Position numbers and translations under genes: made by a program
Shown here: positions 40,640 through 52,624 of the stretch, piece after piece
How positions within the stretch are numbered: position 1 is the first letter of the stretch
Layout of the letters: each line of letters starts with the position of its first letter
The notes under the pieces: model-generated
Told to the model about the DNA's origin: nothing
Database searches by the model: none
Seen by the model: only the letters and a program-made list of their open reading frames with translations
Assembly (NCBI GenBank): GCA_964016885.1
Contig: OZ024742.1
Location: 313,906,001-313,970,000, forward strand
Length of the DNA: 64,000 nucleotides
Direction: 5' to 3'
From: Eledone cirrhosa
Lineage: Eukaryota

Positions 40640-43110
40640 GAGATGCGTGGCGTGTATAAGACGTGTAGAGGAATGAAGGAAAGAGTATAAAGGATAAAAT
40701 AAAAATAACAACACGACAGAGAGTTACCTTGGGAGAGATTTAATTGTCCCTATATATTTCGGATTCACATCCATCAACTGGGAGTGTTTCGGGGTGGGGG
40801 AAAGGTTGTCTGTCGGAAAGGTGCGAAACGCATCCTCCGCTGTTCGTTGTTTTGAATATCTGAGGTATTCAGCAGAGCGCGCGTGTGCGTGGAATGGGGT
40901 CGGTCGGGCAGATGTCAGCGGCCGAAGTAGTTCTTTCAATTGTGGGAGTGGGGTGGCTCTAGCTGTCAGTCCATTCTCTGCCTGTTTGTTGAATGTTACT
41001 GTGTGTGTGTGTGCGTGTGTTGTTGTCTCGCTTGAGTGTGTGTGTTTGCGTGTGTTGTTGCCGTGTTCCTCTGTGTTGGCAGTGTAGTATGTTCGTATGG
41101 TGGAATGCTAATGTGTGTGTGTGTGTGTGCGTGTGTTGCTGTCTCGCTTGTGTGTGGGTGTGTGGGTGTGCGTGTGTTGCTGCATCGTTTGTTAACTTAA
41201 ACCAACCACCTCATTTCGCTTCTCTCGGATTGATTGTTTATTTGTGGCTCTAGGCGTTTGATCCAAAGTGCTTCCTTGATACGTAACGTGCCGACGTTTC
41301 TTTCAGTCGCTAGAATTGTGACAATGGGACTTCCGTCTTTGTTTCCGCATTTGTCTATGCGTTTCCGGAAAGACGAGGCCCTGGTTTTAGTGTGCTCCTT
41401 GATCCGGATGTGCAAAGGTCGGATTGTGCTACCTATATAGTATTGGTTGCACTTGTTACATTCTATCTTATACACGACGTATGTGCGTAGGCAACAGTTC
41501 GCATGGCGCATCGGGCAGTCTCTGAGGGAGCACGCATCAGTTGATTTCCCGGGTTTCCTGGAGAGGTATCTTCACAGGGAGGGGCCCGAGTGGGCCAGGT
41601 GGATGTCGAGGCCCTCCCTCCGTATAGCCTTGCGGATAGCGTTGGTGGTATTCTCGCGCAGGTGTGGCATTTTAAGGAAGCACTTTCCTTGGGTGCCTCT
41701 CTGTCTCTTGTGTCTGGTTCCTCCTACTCTGTCTGTGGGCGAGGTAGGGTACCCGTTCGTCTCCAGCACCTCGAGGAATCGCTTGGTATGAGTGACACCA
41801 CTCGCGGGATCGCTGCATCTGTTTTTGATTCGCGCGATCTCGTTCGTGATGTATCCTCTTTAGGCACTGTTAGGGAGGGCGGACTTGTAGTGGACGAACA
41901 GGTCCCTGCAGGCTGCCTTTCGGTAGAAGTTGCAGTGGATCCTTCCCTGTTCCGTGATGTTGATTCGGAAGTCGAGAAGGGCAAGTGACCCGTCTTCGTT
42001 GGGGTGTTCAACACTGAAGTCAATGCTCTCGTCCGTGTTGTTGAACGTCTCATAGATTCTGTTCGCCGTGTCTTGGGAAGATATGAGGATGAGGATATCG
42101 TCCACGTACCTTGAGAAAAAGGCAACGGCATTGGGGTGGCGCTCGAGGTTTTCCATGTAAGAGATCGCTAGCCCACCCGACAGGCTTGATCCCATGGGCT
42201 GTCCCGAGGTTTGTTGGTATGTTTGGTCAAGGAATCCGAAGTAGGTGTTGTCGACGACGATGGATAGGAGTTGGTGGATGTCAGTGGTGGTGAGCCCGAA
42301 GCAGTTTAGGTCGGTGGATTGGACGCGTTCCATCAGTATATTGACGGCCGGGAGTGCCGGGACCGAGGTGTAGAGAGCGACTAGATCAAGGCTGAAGGCA
42401 TATCTGTTATTCCTTCTGGTGTCGGGATCCATTTGATGTAGGCGCTTCAACACCTCCTCGGAGCTGTTAACGTGTCCCGGCAAGCTGTCTAAGATGGGTT
42501 TGAGTATTCTGGCTAGGAGCCATGAAATTTTGTAGAGTGGACCCTCCACGCTCGATACAATGGGCCTGATCTTCAGGTCGGGTCCCTGTTTGTGTGTTTT
42601 CACGAGGTGGTAGAAGGCGGGTAGTCTGCTGTTCCTCGTGAGGAGGTTGTATCTCAGCTTCTTCGGGATCTTCGGCCAGTCGCAGATGTTGGTCCAGGCG
42701 GCGTTGATGTTCTCTTCTATCTGCGCGGGAGTGATTCTCGTGACCTTGGAGTAGAGGTTGTCATCGTCAAGGTGTTGGAGGGCCAGGGTGTTGTAGGCCT
42801 CTCTGCTGATGACGCAGAATTCTTTTCCCTTGTCGGAGGGGAGATAGATGAGGTTCTTCGATTTTAGGTTGGAGAGTGTGGTGAGTTGAGATTTGGTGAG
42901 GTTATGTGTTGTGCGTGTGTGTGTGTGTTTGTGAAGTATATCCGAGATGGAGTGTTTTAGCCTGATGAGTTTAGTGTCGAGTTCGTGGTTGGGGGTGGGG
43001 GGTGGAGTGGGTTGTCGGGGTGGAAAATGGGGAACTTGGGGTGGGTTGCGTGGGTGCTGTTATTTTCTGTGGCGCTGTTGATGGCGGTCACCCATTTAAG
43101 TTCGTAAGCG

Positions 43111-43112
<2 letters not shown>
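40640..43112 (-). mobile_element. Penelope-like element (RT plus GIY-YIG), 5'-truncated and disrupted
   Basis: SDKG, IRPIVS, DLVALYTSVP, QTSGQPMGSSLS, SRYVDD, LLDFRI, YRK; degenerate HHR in 3' UTR at about 40747-40785 (TCC-CAGTTGA-T-GGAT-GTGA-ATCC-GAA-ATATAT-A-GGG). Confidence 0.93.
41197..41511 (-). pseudogene. GIY-YIG endonuclease domain of the PLE
   Basis: VVYKIECNKCNQYYIGST.RPL..RIKEH...LRIKEALWIK..EPQIN. Confidence 0.92.
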
Positions 43113-43163
<51 letters not shown>

Positions 43164-43188
43164 ACTTATATGTGTATATATATATATT

Positions 43189-43386
<198 letters not shown>

Positions 43387-43389
43387 TAT

Positions 43390-43581
43390 ATAGGAAAAGA
43401 GTCAGGACCCCGACGGCCGAACTCCGGCCGTTTCGTCAGCTAAATCCGATCTAGCTGTCGAAATGGCCGGAGCTCAGCCGTCGGGGTCCAGACTCTTTTC
43501 CTATTACCAACTCTACTACTCTAAGTATAGAGTACTCTGGTGCATTATGGTCTACCTGGTATCTTATCACACCCTCTTTGT

Positions 43582-43583
<2 letters not shown>
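43390..43583 (+). mobile_element. Fold-back family A, short diverged copy (a further partial copy at 61003-61160)
   Basis: Palindrome ATAGGAAAAGAGTC...GACTCTTTTCCTAT plus the family tail, in (TA)n. Confidence 0.8.
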
Positions 43584-43624
<41 letters not shown>

Positions 43625-44012
43625 GCATCTATATAAGATGGGGGAAGTTAAGAGACTACATTGAAATATACAAAAGAAAGGAGAATGCAGTAAATAGGCG
43701 ATTAATGTATAGAAAATGGATACGTACACGTGTACAAACATACATGCATAAATGCATACACATACGTATATATATACAGGGACACTACACTTTTACAAAC
43801 GCACACACGTACATACATGTGCATGCACACACACATATATATAGTTGATCGACAAGATCCCAGAAGACATTCACTTAACGAGTGGGATGGAGCTCGTCAA
43901 ATCGGACCGAGGAAACAATGTTTCCATTGGTCTTTCCAATTGCTAATACTATCTGTCGGTCGTAACTACATGCAGAACCCCCCCCCCCCACACACACACC
44001 ACACATACATAC

Positions 44013-44046
<34 letters not shown>

Positions 44047-44131
44047 ACAGGGTAAACAGAAATAACAACACAATCGGTACAGTATATGGAAGGAATATAT
44101 TGGGTTAACGCTTGAAATAGCAGGAAGAGGG

Positions 44132-44167
44132 TCTTAACGTTTCGGACTCTCGTCCTTCATCAGAAGA
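44132..44167 (-). ncRNA. Minimal type I hammerhead ribozyme
   Basis: TCTT-CTGATGA-A-GGAC-GAGA-GTCC-GAA-ACGT-T-AAGA; palindromic stem III of the PLE dimeric type. Confidence 0.8.
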
Positions 44168-44668
44168 AAGAATGAGAAATAAGATAGATTGAAGGGACGG
44201 CGGGCTGGAATTGGAAAAAAATGTCTTTACATAAAAATAACAGGTCCATTCATGTTGACATCTCTTGCAAAACTGTTGTTGCTGGCGTTTTGTGTATGAT
44301 TTATTTCTTTAGAAAAGTGGATGATGGAGCACGTCTACCTGAAATGGAAAAAAAACCGTTATATATATATATATGAAAGTAAACATGCATACATATACAT
44401 GTGTATACATACAAGCATATCTACATATATACATACATACATAGACATTTTTTTGTATGTTTGTATATCTATATATGTATTCATATAATACTAAATTCTT
44501 ATATTAATTAGTTGTAAATTATTTGTTAAAGATTTCTGTATTACCGGACATGTGTAATGGGTATAATTTAAATAGCATTTATATCTATATAAAGATGTCC
44601 CAGGTGCTGTCTAATTAATCAATTTATTTAACAAACAACAATGCTATCTTTCTATCTATCTATCTACC

Positions 44669-45269
44669 CGCGCCTCCTCTCTATTGAGGATTTTGTTATA
44701 AATTTTATTTTTTGTTATATTTTATTTTATTTTTATATTTTGTTATTGCCTCCTCCTTATTGAGGACGCCTTTTTGTGTAAACTCCCCCCTTTGTACTTG
44801 TCCCACTTTTGATGCCCTGGTGGCAAATAAAAGAAACATATCTATCTACCCGGACAACAACTTATCCCCTTCTTTAAGTATCACTTCAGAAGGAAGGTGA
44901 GTGTGGAGAGAGAGGTGCTATAACCCAGTAAATTCGCTGAAAGGTGGGTGGATGTGGCGAAAATGGCCCGAGTGAATGGGCCTTCTCTATATATAAACCT
45001 GCAGGTTGAGGAAGATAAACAGAGGGAAGACAGGAACGCCTACAAAACGTGTTCCTGGCGTTGAGGGTTGTTCTATCCACGGGGTGTAAAACAACCCTGC
45101 AGTAACGTTCCCCCCTACTGGGGATTTCAATTGTTATTTGATTATATATAGTTTATTGTTATTTATTAAAGTTAAAGTTATTTTTATGTAAAACCCCCAA
45201 CGTCACGTCTTGTAATGTCCCATTTTTTGGGGCTCCTGTGCCAAATAAAGATATCTATCTCTCTATCTC

Positions 45270-45318
<49 letters not shown>

Positions 45319-46292
45319 ATATCTATCTATCTCTGCTGTCAACACCCTGCCAACGGAGGGATGGGCATGCCGTGGCTAATGATGCACAAACATGCGCTGA
45401 GGCTACGGCATCTTCAGGTATTCCTCACCGACCAACCGGTGTGGGCACCGTTTGTGAGACAGGCCTTCCCACAACTTGTCTCGCTGACGGAGTTGCAGTC
45501 CTGGGTCAAACGAAGACCGAAGAAGATGGGCGTCTGGGACCTATGAACAACTTCCAGAGGTCCCTGACCTGGCAGTGCTACCGAGGAGCTCTACCGGTTC
45601 GTGACAAGATCTACAGGCACGGACGCCCCAGCAGGGATCCTTCCAAGAGGACGTGTCCAAGATGCGCGCAGGACATTGAAACAGTCCTGCACTCAATTGT
45701 ACACTGCCCGGGCGTAACCGACCTGTGGAACTATGCAGAACAACTGCTGTCGCGTATGGGACAAATCCAGTTGACTCCCGAGTCCATAGTAAGGATCAAA
45801 CCGCCAGCCTCTTTCAAAAACGAAAGAGAGGCGGTTTTCTTCTGTACAGTGGCTATGGTGAAAGAGGTTATATGGTGGACGAGATTGAGAGGACTGAGGA
45901 CAGATGCCTTTCTCTCCGGACAACAATTGATTCCCTTCTTTAAGTATCACTTTAGAAAAAGAATCAGAGTGGAGAGAGAGGCACTGCACCCCAGTAAATT
46001 TACTGAATGAAGCGAAAATGGCCCGAGTGATTGGGCCTTCTCTGTTTATAAGCCTATAGGTTAAAGTAGAGAGCAAAAGGAAGAAGGGAGCAGTTGCACA
46101 ACACGCTCCTGAAGTTGAGGGTTGTTCTATCGACGGGGTATTAAACAACCCATTTGTGGCGTCTCCCCCTATTGGGATTTCGATTGTTATAATTGTTTGT
46201 TTCATATTTTTTTTACACGATTGTATGTAAAATCCCCGGCATGTGTTATTGTATTGTCCCCTTTTCTTGTGCGCCCTTGTGGCAAATAAAGA
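44669..46292 (+). mobile_element. Three tandem 5'-truncated Tx1 3' ends (44669-44838, 44850-45250, 45333-46292)
   Basis: Each ends GTG(G/C)CAAATAAA.. then (ATCT)n; the longest carries the C-terminal CCHC (CPRC..ETVLH..HC) and has an internal deletion near 45538. Confidence 0.92.
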
Positions 46293-46293
46293 A

Positions 46294-46371
<78 letters not shown>

Positions 46372-47476
46372 TTATCTATCTATCTTGATAGAGTGAGACA
46401 CGCTTCACATCGGCTCTGCTATTCTATCGGAATTTACCCTTACTATAGTAAGTACCAGTGAATATTTTCAGTGCAACACATTTGGAACACTTACCCCTGT
46501 TATTTAGGGAAACATTTTTACATTTACCCCCTTTTTAGGGGGTAAGATAAATAACTATTTTTCTGTAAAACTTCTTTCTTGGACGCATGGCGGGAAAGAT
46601 GGCAGACATGTCTGCCATTAGCTCTGCCACGCCCCCCAAATCTGAAGAACAAAAAATGGATACAACAAAACTAGACAACGAAACAAACAAGGAAAATGAA
46701 AAAACAAATGTTACGGAAAATGAGCAAACGGAAAACAAACAAACAGAAAATAAGAATACAAAAAGCAACCAGGCAACTTTCGCCCAGACAACAAAAAAAA
46801 ATCTATAATATATACACCTATTGACTTAACTGCCGCCAGAGAGAAACTGGCAGAAGCAAAAAAAGCACATAGTCTTGGGGGAGAATGGAATGTTTTCCAT
46901 TAATTCCCCCCCCCAGAATTCAAGAAAACGAGACTAGAAAACACTGTTCTGTTTAGAACAATTCCAAACCACACGAGAAAGCCAGCACAGCCCAGCCAAA
47001 TGGAGATAGAGTTGGTCCTAAAAGACTACATGAAGAATATTCTCTTCATACGAAAGGACTGACTCTATGGCAGCATTTCTGTTTTAACAAAAGACAAGGA
47101 AACAGCACAGAGGCTTTCCCTAAGCCCACTCTCATCAACAGCATACAGTTTCTATCCCTCCTACATGGGTAGAAGAACTCAGAGAGTCAAAATACAGACA
47201 ATGCTGCCCACAATGGACTTCTGGTGGGCTATTGCTGGCTTCATAGACAGCATCAAGGACAACAACAACACCAACACCAGAGAAAATACGAATAATATCA
47301 ACATCGGTGACAACAAGAATAACAACAGCAATAACAACAATAATGACAACACCACCAACACGGATAATTCCTCAAAGAAACCAAAATCTCCTTTGCACAG
47401 ACAGTTCAGAAAAGGGAGGAACTGACATATCTCGACATAACAAATGCTGAACAGCTTTTAAAGGACGCTAGGCGAT

Positions 47477-48904
47477 ATGTCACTTTCGAAAAAAAATGGT
47501 GTTTTCAGCATCAATTCTCCGGTAGAAATTCGCAAGGAAACTGCTCTCAAAACGATAGTTTTTAGGACAGTTTCCAATTCTACCCGAAAACCAGTCCAAT
47601 TGTCACAGAAAGAAATTGAACTGGTTTTCAAAAGTTCAATGAATGATATTGCATTCATTCAAAGAAGCAAACTTTTGGGGAGTATTTCGGTACTCATGAA
47701 GGATCAATTGACGGCCCAAAATTACTCTGTGTCGCCAATTGTATCCAACCTGTACACCCTTTTCCCTATATACATGGGAAAAAGGACACAAAAGATCAAA
47801 ATCACAAGTGTCACACCAAAGGTGAACATATGGTGGATACTGTGCGGCTTCATCAATTTTGATGAAGACAGAATACTGTCAGTAGGAAAGTCCCCCAGAG
47901 ATGTATTCAATGGGACTAGCATTGAAGTTCTGGTGCAAATGAGCCCAGAGCGAATAGCTATGATCCCACAACGTGTACTCCTGGACGGACTCACCTACAT
48001 AAACTTTTCGGTTGAGGGTAGGCGGCCTTCATGTTACCATTGCTTTAGCAGGGGTCACCTGAGGGCTTCCTGTCCTAAATTAATGAATAAAAAAAAGGCT
48101 CTACTGCCGACACCCATCAAAACAACACAACCACCAACACCACCACAACAACAACAACACCAACGCACAACAAACACAGTCCCACCCAACCCCACTCCAC
48201 CTAAAACCACTGCAAAATCACATACAGACACAACAGCTCCCCAAGACATACCCCTCCCCAATCACACAGACGATACAACAGATGAGGCTATCTCGCCATC
48301 ACCCAGTGAAAACGAGGGAGAACCCCATCGCTCGAAAAGAAAGAAAAGACATCACAAAAGCAAAAAACCAGTAAACACTACCACAAACATACAACTACCA
48401 GCACAAACAACAAAAACATCACAAACAAACCCCCCACCTCCTGAAAACAAAATACCTACAACAAAACGAAAGCACACACAAGAATTACAGACAAAAACAA
48501 ACACAACACAAGAAAATTACACTTACACTTACATAAACATTGAAAACAAAACACTAATGGAGACCATCACGAACGACCCTTCGGTGAAAACCGAAGGGAA
48601 AACTTTCGCCCACTCTATTAAAAATTGCAAAAAACTGAACCTAAAACTGATTAGGGTCCCTATACAAACTTATAGGTCCCTAAAAGAAACATTTGAGAAG
48701 GATGTGGGGAATTCCTGCGTGAAACCACTTAACCGCGTCCTTCTCAAATGTCTCCCCACCCCAGACACCCCCACCCCACCAGACCCCACCCCACCAAACA
48801 TCTCCGTTCCCACCCCGCCGGAAACCACCACCCATCCAGACAACCCCTCCAACACCCCCATGGAAATCGTGCGGCCTGGTCCCCAGGAGACGAAGGGTGA
48901 GTGA
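47477..48904 (+). CDS. Tx1 ORF1 (gag-like zinc knuckle); its upstream part from 46587 is broken
   Basis: 475-aa ORF with CYHCFSRGHLRASC (CX2CX4HX4C) and a Pro/Thr-rich tail. Confidence 0.85.
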   Translation: MSLSKKNGVFSINSPVEIRKETALKTIVFRTVSNSTRKPVQLSQKEIELVFKSSMNDIAFIQRSKLLGSISVLMKDQLTAQNYSVSPIVSNLYTLFPIYMGKRTQKIKITSVTPKVNIWWILCGFINFDEDRILSVGKSPRDVFNGTSIEVLVQMSPERIAMIPQRVLLDGLTYINFSVEGRRPSCYHCFSRGHLRASCPKLMNKKKALLPTPIKTTQPPTPPQQQQHQRTTNTVPPNPTPPKTTAKSHTDTTAPQDIPLPNHTDDTTDEAISPSPSENEGEPHRSKRKKRHHKSKKPVNTTTNIQLPAQTTKTSQTNPPPPENKIPTTKRKHTQELQTKTNTTQENYTYTYINIENKTLMETITNDPSVKTEGKTFAHSIKNCKKLNLKLIRVPIQTYRSLKETFEKDVGNSCVKPLNRVLLKCLPTPDTPTPPDPTPPNISVPTPPETTTHPDNPSNTPMEIVRPGPQETKGE

Positions 48905-48937
48905 TCTCTTTTCCTCTTTTAACTTTTCAGCACCAAC

Positions 48938-51900
48938 ATGGCCAATATAAGAGTTGGATGTGTGAACGTACGCGGCCTGGGGATGCCCTGGAAACAGGGC
49001 AAACTCTTAAACGACCTCAGGTCGCACAGTATGGATGTGGTAGCCATTTGCGTGTCCAGGATCCACAGCGAGCGACAGCTGGCCCCCATCTTCGATGACT
49101 TTGAGATCTACGCATCTCTCTGTCAACCGGGGGGTGGGGGCGGAGTTGCCGTTTTGCTGCGGAAACACCTGGGCCTCGTAACACAGACGGTACATCTGGA
49201 CCCGGAGGGTCGACTGGTGGTCCTAGACGTTGACGGTAGTGAAGGTGGAGTCTTCAGGCTGGTGGCCGCATATGCCCCATCCGGGACACCGCGGCCAGAC
49301 TTCTTCAAACGTCTAGAGACTTTTCTGGGAACGTCCCGCTCCTTGCTTTTAGTGGGGGACTGGAATGGAATCCTAGATGCACGTTGGGACTATGTGGGAG
49401 CATGTCCCGATAAGGGGGGGGGGGTGTAACAGTCTCAAACAGTTAATCGACCGATTTGACCTGGCCGATAGATATCGACTAGATTTTCCGACTGCGCCAC
49501 TGTGGACGTGGAATAATCGTAGCGGAACATCTAGATCGTACCTAGATAGGGTTCTAGTTAGAAATAAGGATAGGGACATGTTAAGCTGTCCACAAATGTT
49601 CATGGTTGCCTATTCAGATCACAAACTAGTGACCTGCATGGCCAACCTTGATAGAACCCATAGACAAGGACCCGGCTACTGGAATCTGAACTTGTCGTTA
49701 CCGACAAGCAAAGCCTACAGTAGACGGATTAGCACTTTAGTTAAACAGCACTTGACAGGGGCCATTGTCAACAACAGATGGTGGTACTCTCTCAAGAGGG
49801 CAGTTAGATTAGACTCGATAGTTTTTAGTAAAGAATTAGCGTTAGATAGAAATAGAACCGAAAAGGAACTGGTAGATAAAGTAGTAGAGGCAATTAGAAG
49901 TGGCAACGTAGCCAGCGTGCTAGCAACGAGAACGGCCTTGGACCAGTTCTTCGACGCAAAGCACGAGGGCTGCGTTGTCAGAAGCAAAATACGTGCTCTG
50001 GGAAACGAGGGAGCCAAAGCTGTTAGCTGGGCCCGAGTGACGGAGGCAAAAAGTGGCAACAAGTCCACGATTCGGTCTTTGAAGGACCAAAACGGACGCG
50101 TGATACGTGAGCCGAAGCAGATGTGTGCGGCCTTTCAGCGGCACTTTGCTCAACTGTTCGGGAGGGGCGGCGCGCCGGGAGGGGCTATGTATTTCGGTCC
50201 ATACCTTGACGGCCTACCGCGACTCTCGGACAGCGAGGCAAAGTTCTGCGAAAAGCCGATTTCAGCCGCTGAGATAGGGGACGCGCTGAGCCAATGCGTC
50301 AAACGCAAACCTCCAGGTCTCGACGATCTACCCTACGAATTTTACGTAGCAATGCCGGACTTATTCTCCGGTCTCCTGGAAGCGGTCTACTGCAACTGGC
50401 AACAGAACGGGAGAATTCCCAGTTCTGTAACCGGGGCGTGGTCACACTAATCAGGAAGGAAGAGAATAAGGGGGATGACATAGGCTACTTCTGGCCCATA
50501 ACTCTGCTAAACACAGAGTTACAGATTTTGGCCAAGGTGTTGGCAAAGAGGCTGGCGCTTGTCGTCGAGAACCTGGTGGGAGAAGCGCAGACATGCGCAA
50601 TCCCGACCAGGTCCATACATGACAACTTCCACCTCATGCGATACATCATAGAGAGGGTAGGGTGTAAACCCGGCTTCGGTGGGGCCCTGATCAACTTGGA
50701 TCAGTCTAAGGCTTTCGATAGGGTTGACCATCGTTACCTGGATGCGGTGCTCGAGGCGGCAGGCTTCGGACCCGTGTTCAGGGGCTGGATTGCTGCAATG
50801 CACAACAGCAACATCTGCTCAAGGGTCAAGGTGAACGGCTACCTCTCGGAGCCGTTCCATATTACGCGATCCATTCGACAGGGATGCCCTCTCTCCTCCC
50901 TTCTGTACGAACTGACTCTCGAGCCACTACTGCGGAAGTTGGAGCTATTGTAGGGCATCCCTCTGAAACCGGGACTGCGGAAAGCGGCGTCGGCCTACGC
51001 CGACGACGTGACAGTAATGGTGTCGAGCGCCTCGCAAATCGAGGAAGTCAGCACCTTACTGAAGGAATACGAAAGTTTCACAGGAGCGAAGCTGAACCGG
51101 GACAAGTCCATCGGTTTGCAACTCGGATCGTGGAGAGGCAAACCGATGCCTTCCGATGGCGTCGTCGGACGCTGGACGGAAGGACCGGTAAAGCTGCTCG
51201 GGGTCTGGTTTGGTCCGGACCTCCAGGTGGAGAAGAACTGGAACGAAGTGACGGCCAAGGTGTTTGCACTCACCCAGAAGTGGGCCGAGTGCAAACTATC
51301 CTTGAAAGGTCGAGCGGAGGTGGCGAACACTTTTATAGCGTCCGCCATCTACTACCGCTTGACCGTCGTGCCTTGTCCAGCCAAAACGCTCACCAAAATG
51401 GAACGCGCGCTCTTCCGATTCCTTTGGAAGAGGCGGGCTCCTTTGGTGAGAAGATCCATCTGCTGCCAACACCCTTCTAACGGAGGGCTGGGCATGCCGT
51501 GGTTGACGATGCGCAAACACGCGCTCAGGCTTCGGCATCTCTACGTATTCCTCACCGGACAACCGGTGTGGGCCCCGTTCGTGAGGCGAGCCTTCCCACG
51601 ACTCGTCTCGCTGCCCGAGCTGCAGTCCTGGGTCAAGCAAAGACCGAGGAAAATGGGCGACTGGCACATCGAATGTGACAGGCGCTCACAGCCCTCTGGC
51701 TGGCGGACCCGGCGATCAGTGGAGACTCGACTTCGTCATTCTATAGAGGGTTGACCCGCAGCAAGTGCAACGACGCGCTCGGTGAAACTCTAGGCGTAGA
51801 GGAAGATGAACTGGCCAGTCTGTTCGGTAGGACCTTCCGTCCGGGACCGATGGATAACTTCCAAAAGTCCCTGGCCTGGCAGTGCTACCGAGGAGCTCTA

Positions 51901-52377
51901 CCAGTTCGAGACAAGCTCTACAGACATGTGCGCCCGGGCAGGGACCCTGCAAAAAAGATCTGTCCGAGGTGCGTGCGAGACGAAGAAACCGTCGCGCACG
52001 CATTCATACACTGCCCTGGCGTCAGTGACCTGTGGGGCTATGTAGAACGACTATTGTCGCGGGTGGGACCAATCCGGTTGACCACCGAGTCCATTGTCAT
52101 GATCAAACCGCCACCCTCCTTCAAAAACGAAGGAGAGGCGGTATTCCTTTGTGTGATTGCTATGGCGAAAGAGGTTGTATGGTGGACAAGGTTGAAAGGG
52201 CTGAGCTCAGACACCTTTCTCTCCGGCCAACAACTGATTCTTTTTTTCAAATACTACTTTGGAAGAAGAATCAGGATGGAGAGAGAGGTGCTGTACCCCA
52301 GCATGTTTTATGAAAGGTGGGTGAAAGTGGCGAGAATGGCCCGAGTGAATGGGCCTTCTCTCTATATCAGCCTGTAG
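48938..52377 (+). pseudogene. Tx1 ORF2: APE endonuclease, RT, CCHC; frameshifts at about 49420, 50435 and 51680, stop at 50951
   Basis: NVRGL, VGDWN, YLDR, YSDH; PGLDDLPYEFY, DQSKAFDRV, RQGCPLS, YADD; CPRC..ETVAH..HC; the usual APE Glu reads Val (CVSR versus CETR in copy 2). Confidence 0.95.
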
Positions 52378-52624
52378 GTTGAGGAAAAGGATGAGGAGAG
52401 GAAAGGAGTACAAACTCTTCGTACTCCTGGAGATGAGGGTTGCACATTTTTTCGGGGGTATGTGTTACCCATATAAACTGTATGCCCCTAGTGGGGAAAA
52501 TCGACTAACTTTTTAAATTACATTTGTGATAACATTTTACACGTTTTTATTGTATGTATTGTATTGTATTTGTCCCCTTCTTTTGTGCCCCTGTGGCTAA
52601 TAAAGAAACATATCTATCTATCTC

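Larger units (their letters stand above)
46385..52615 (+). mobile_element. Full-length Tx1/L1-clade LINE (copy 1)
   Basis: 5' UTR, ORF1 with zinc knuckle, ORF2 APE-RT-CCHC, AATAAA, flanked by (ATCT)n. Confidence 0.95.
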
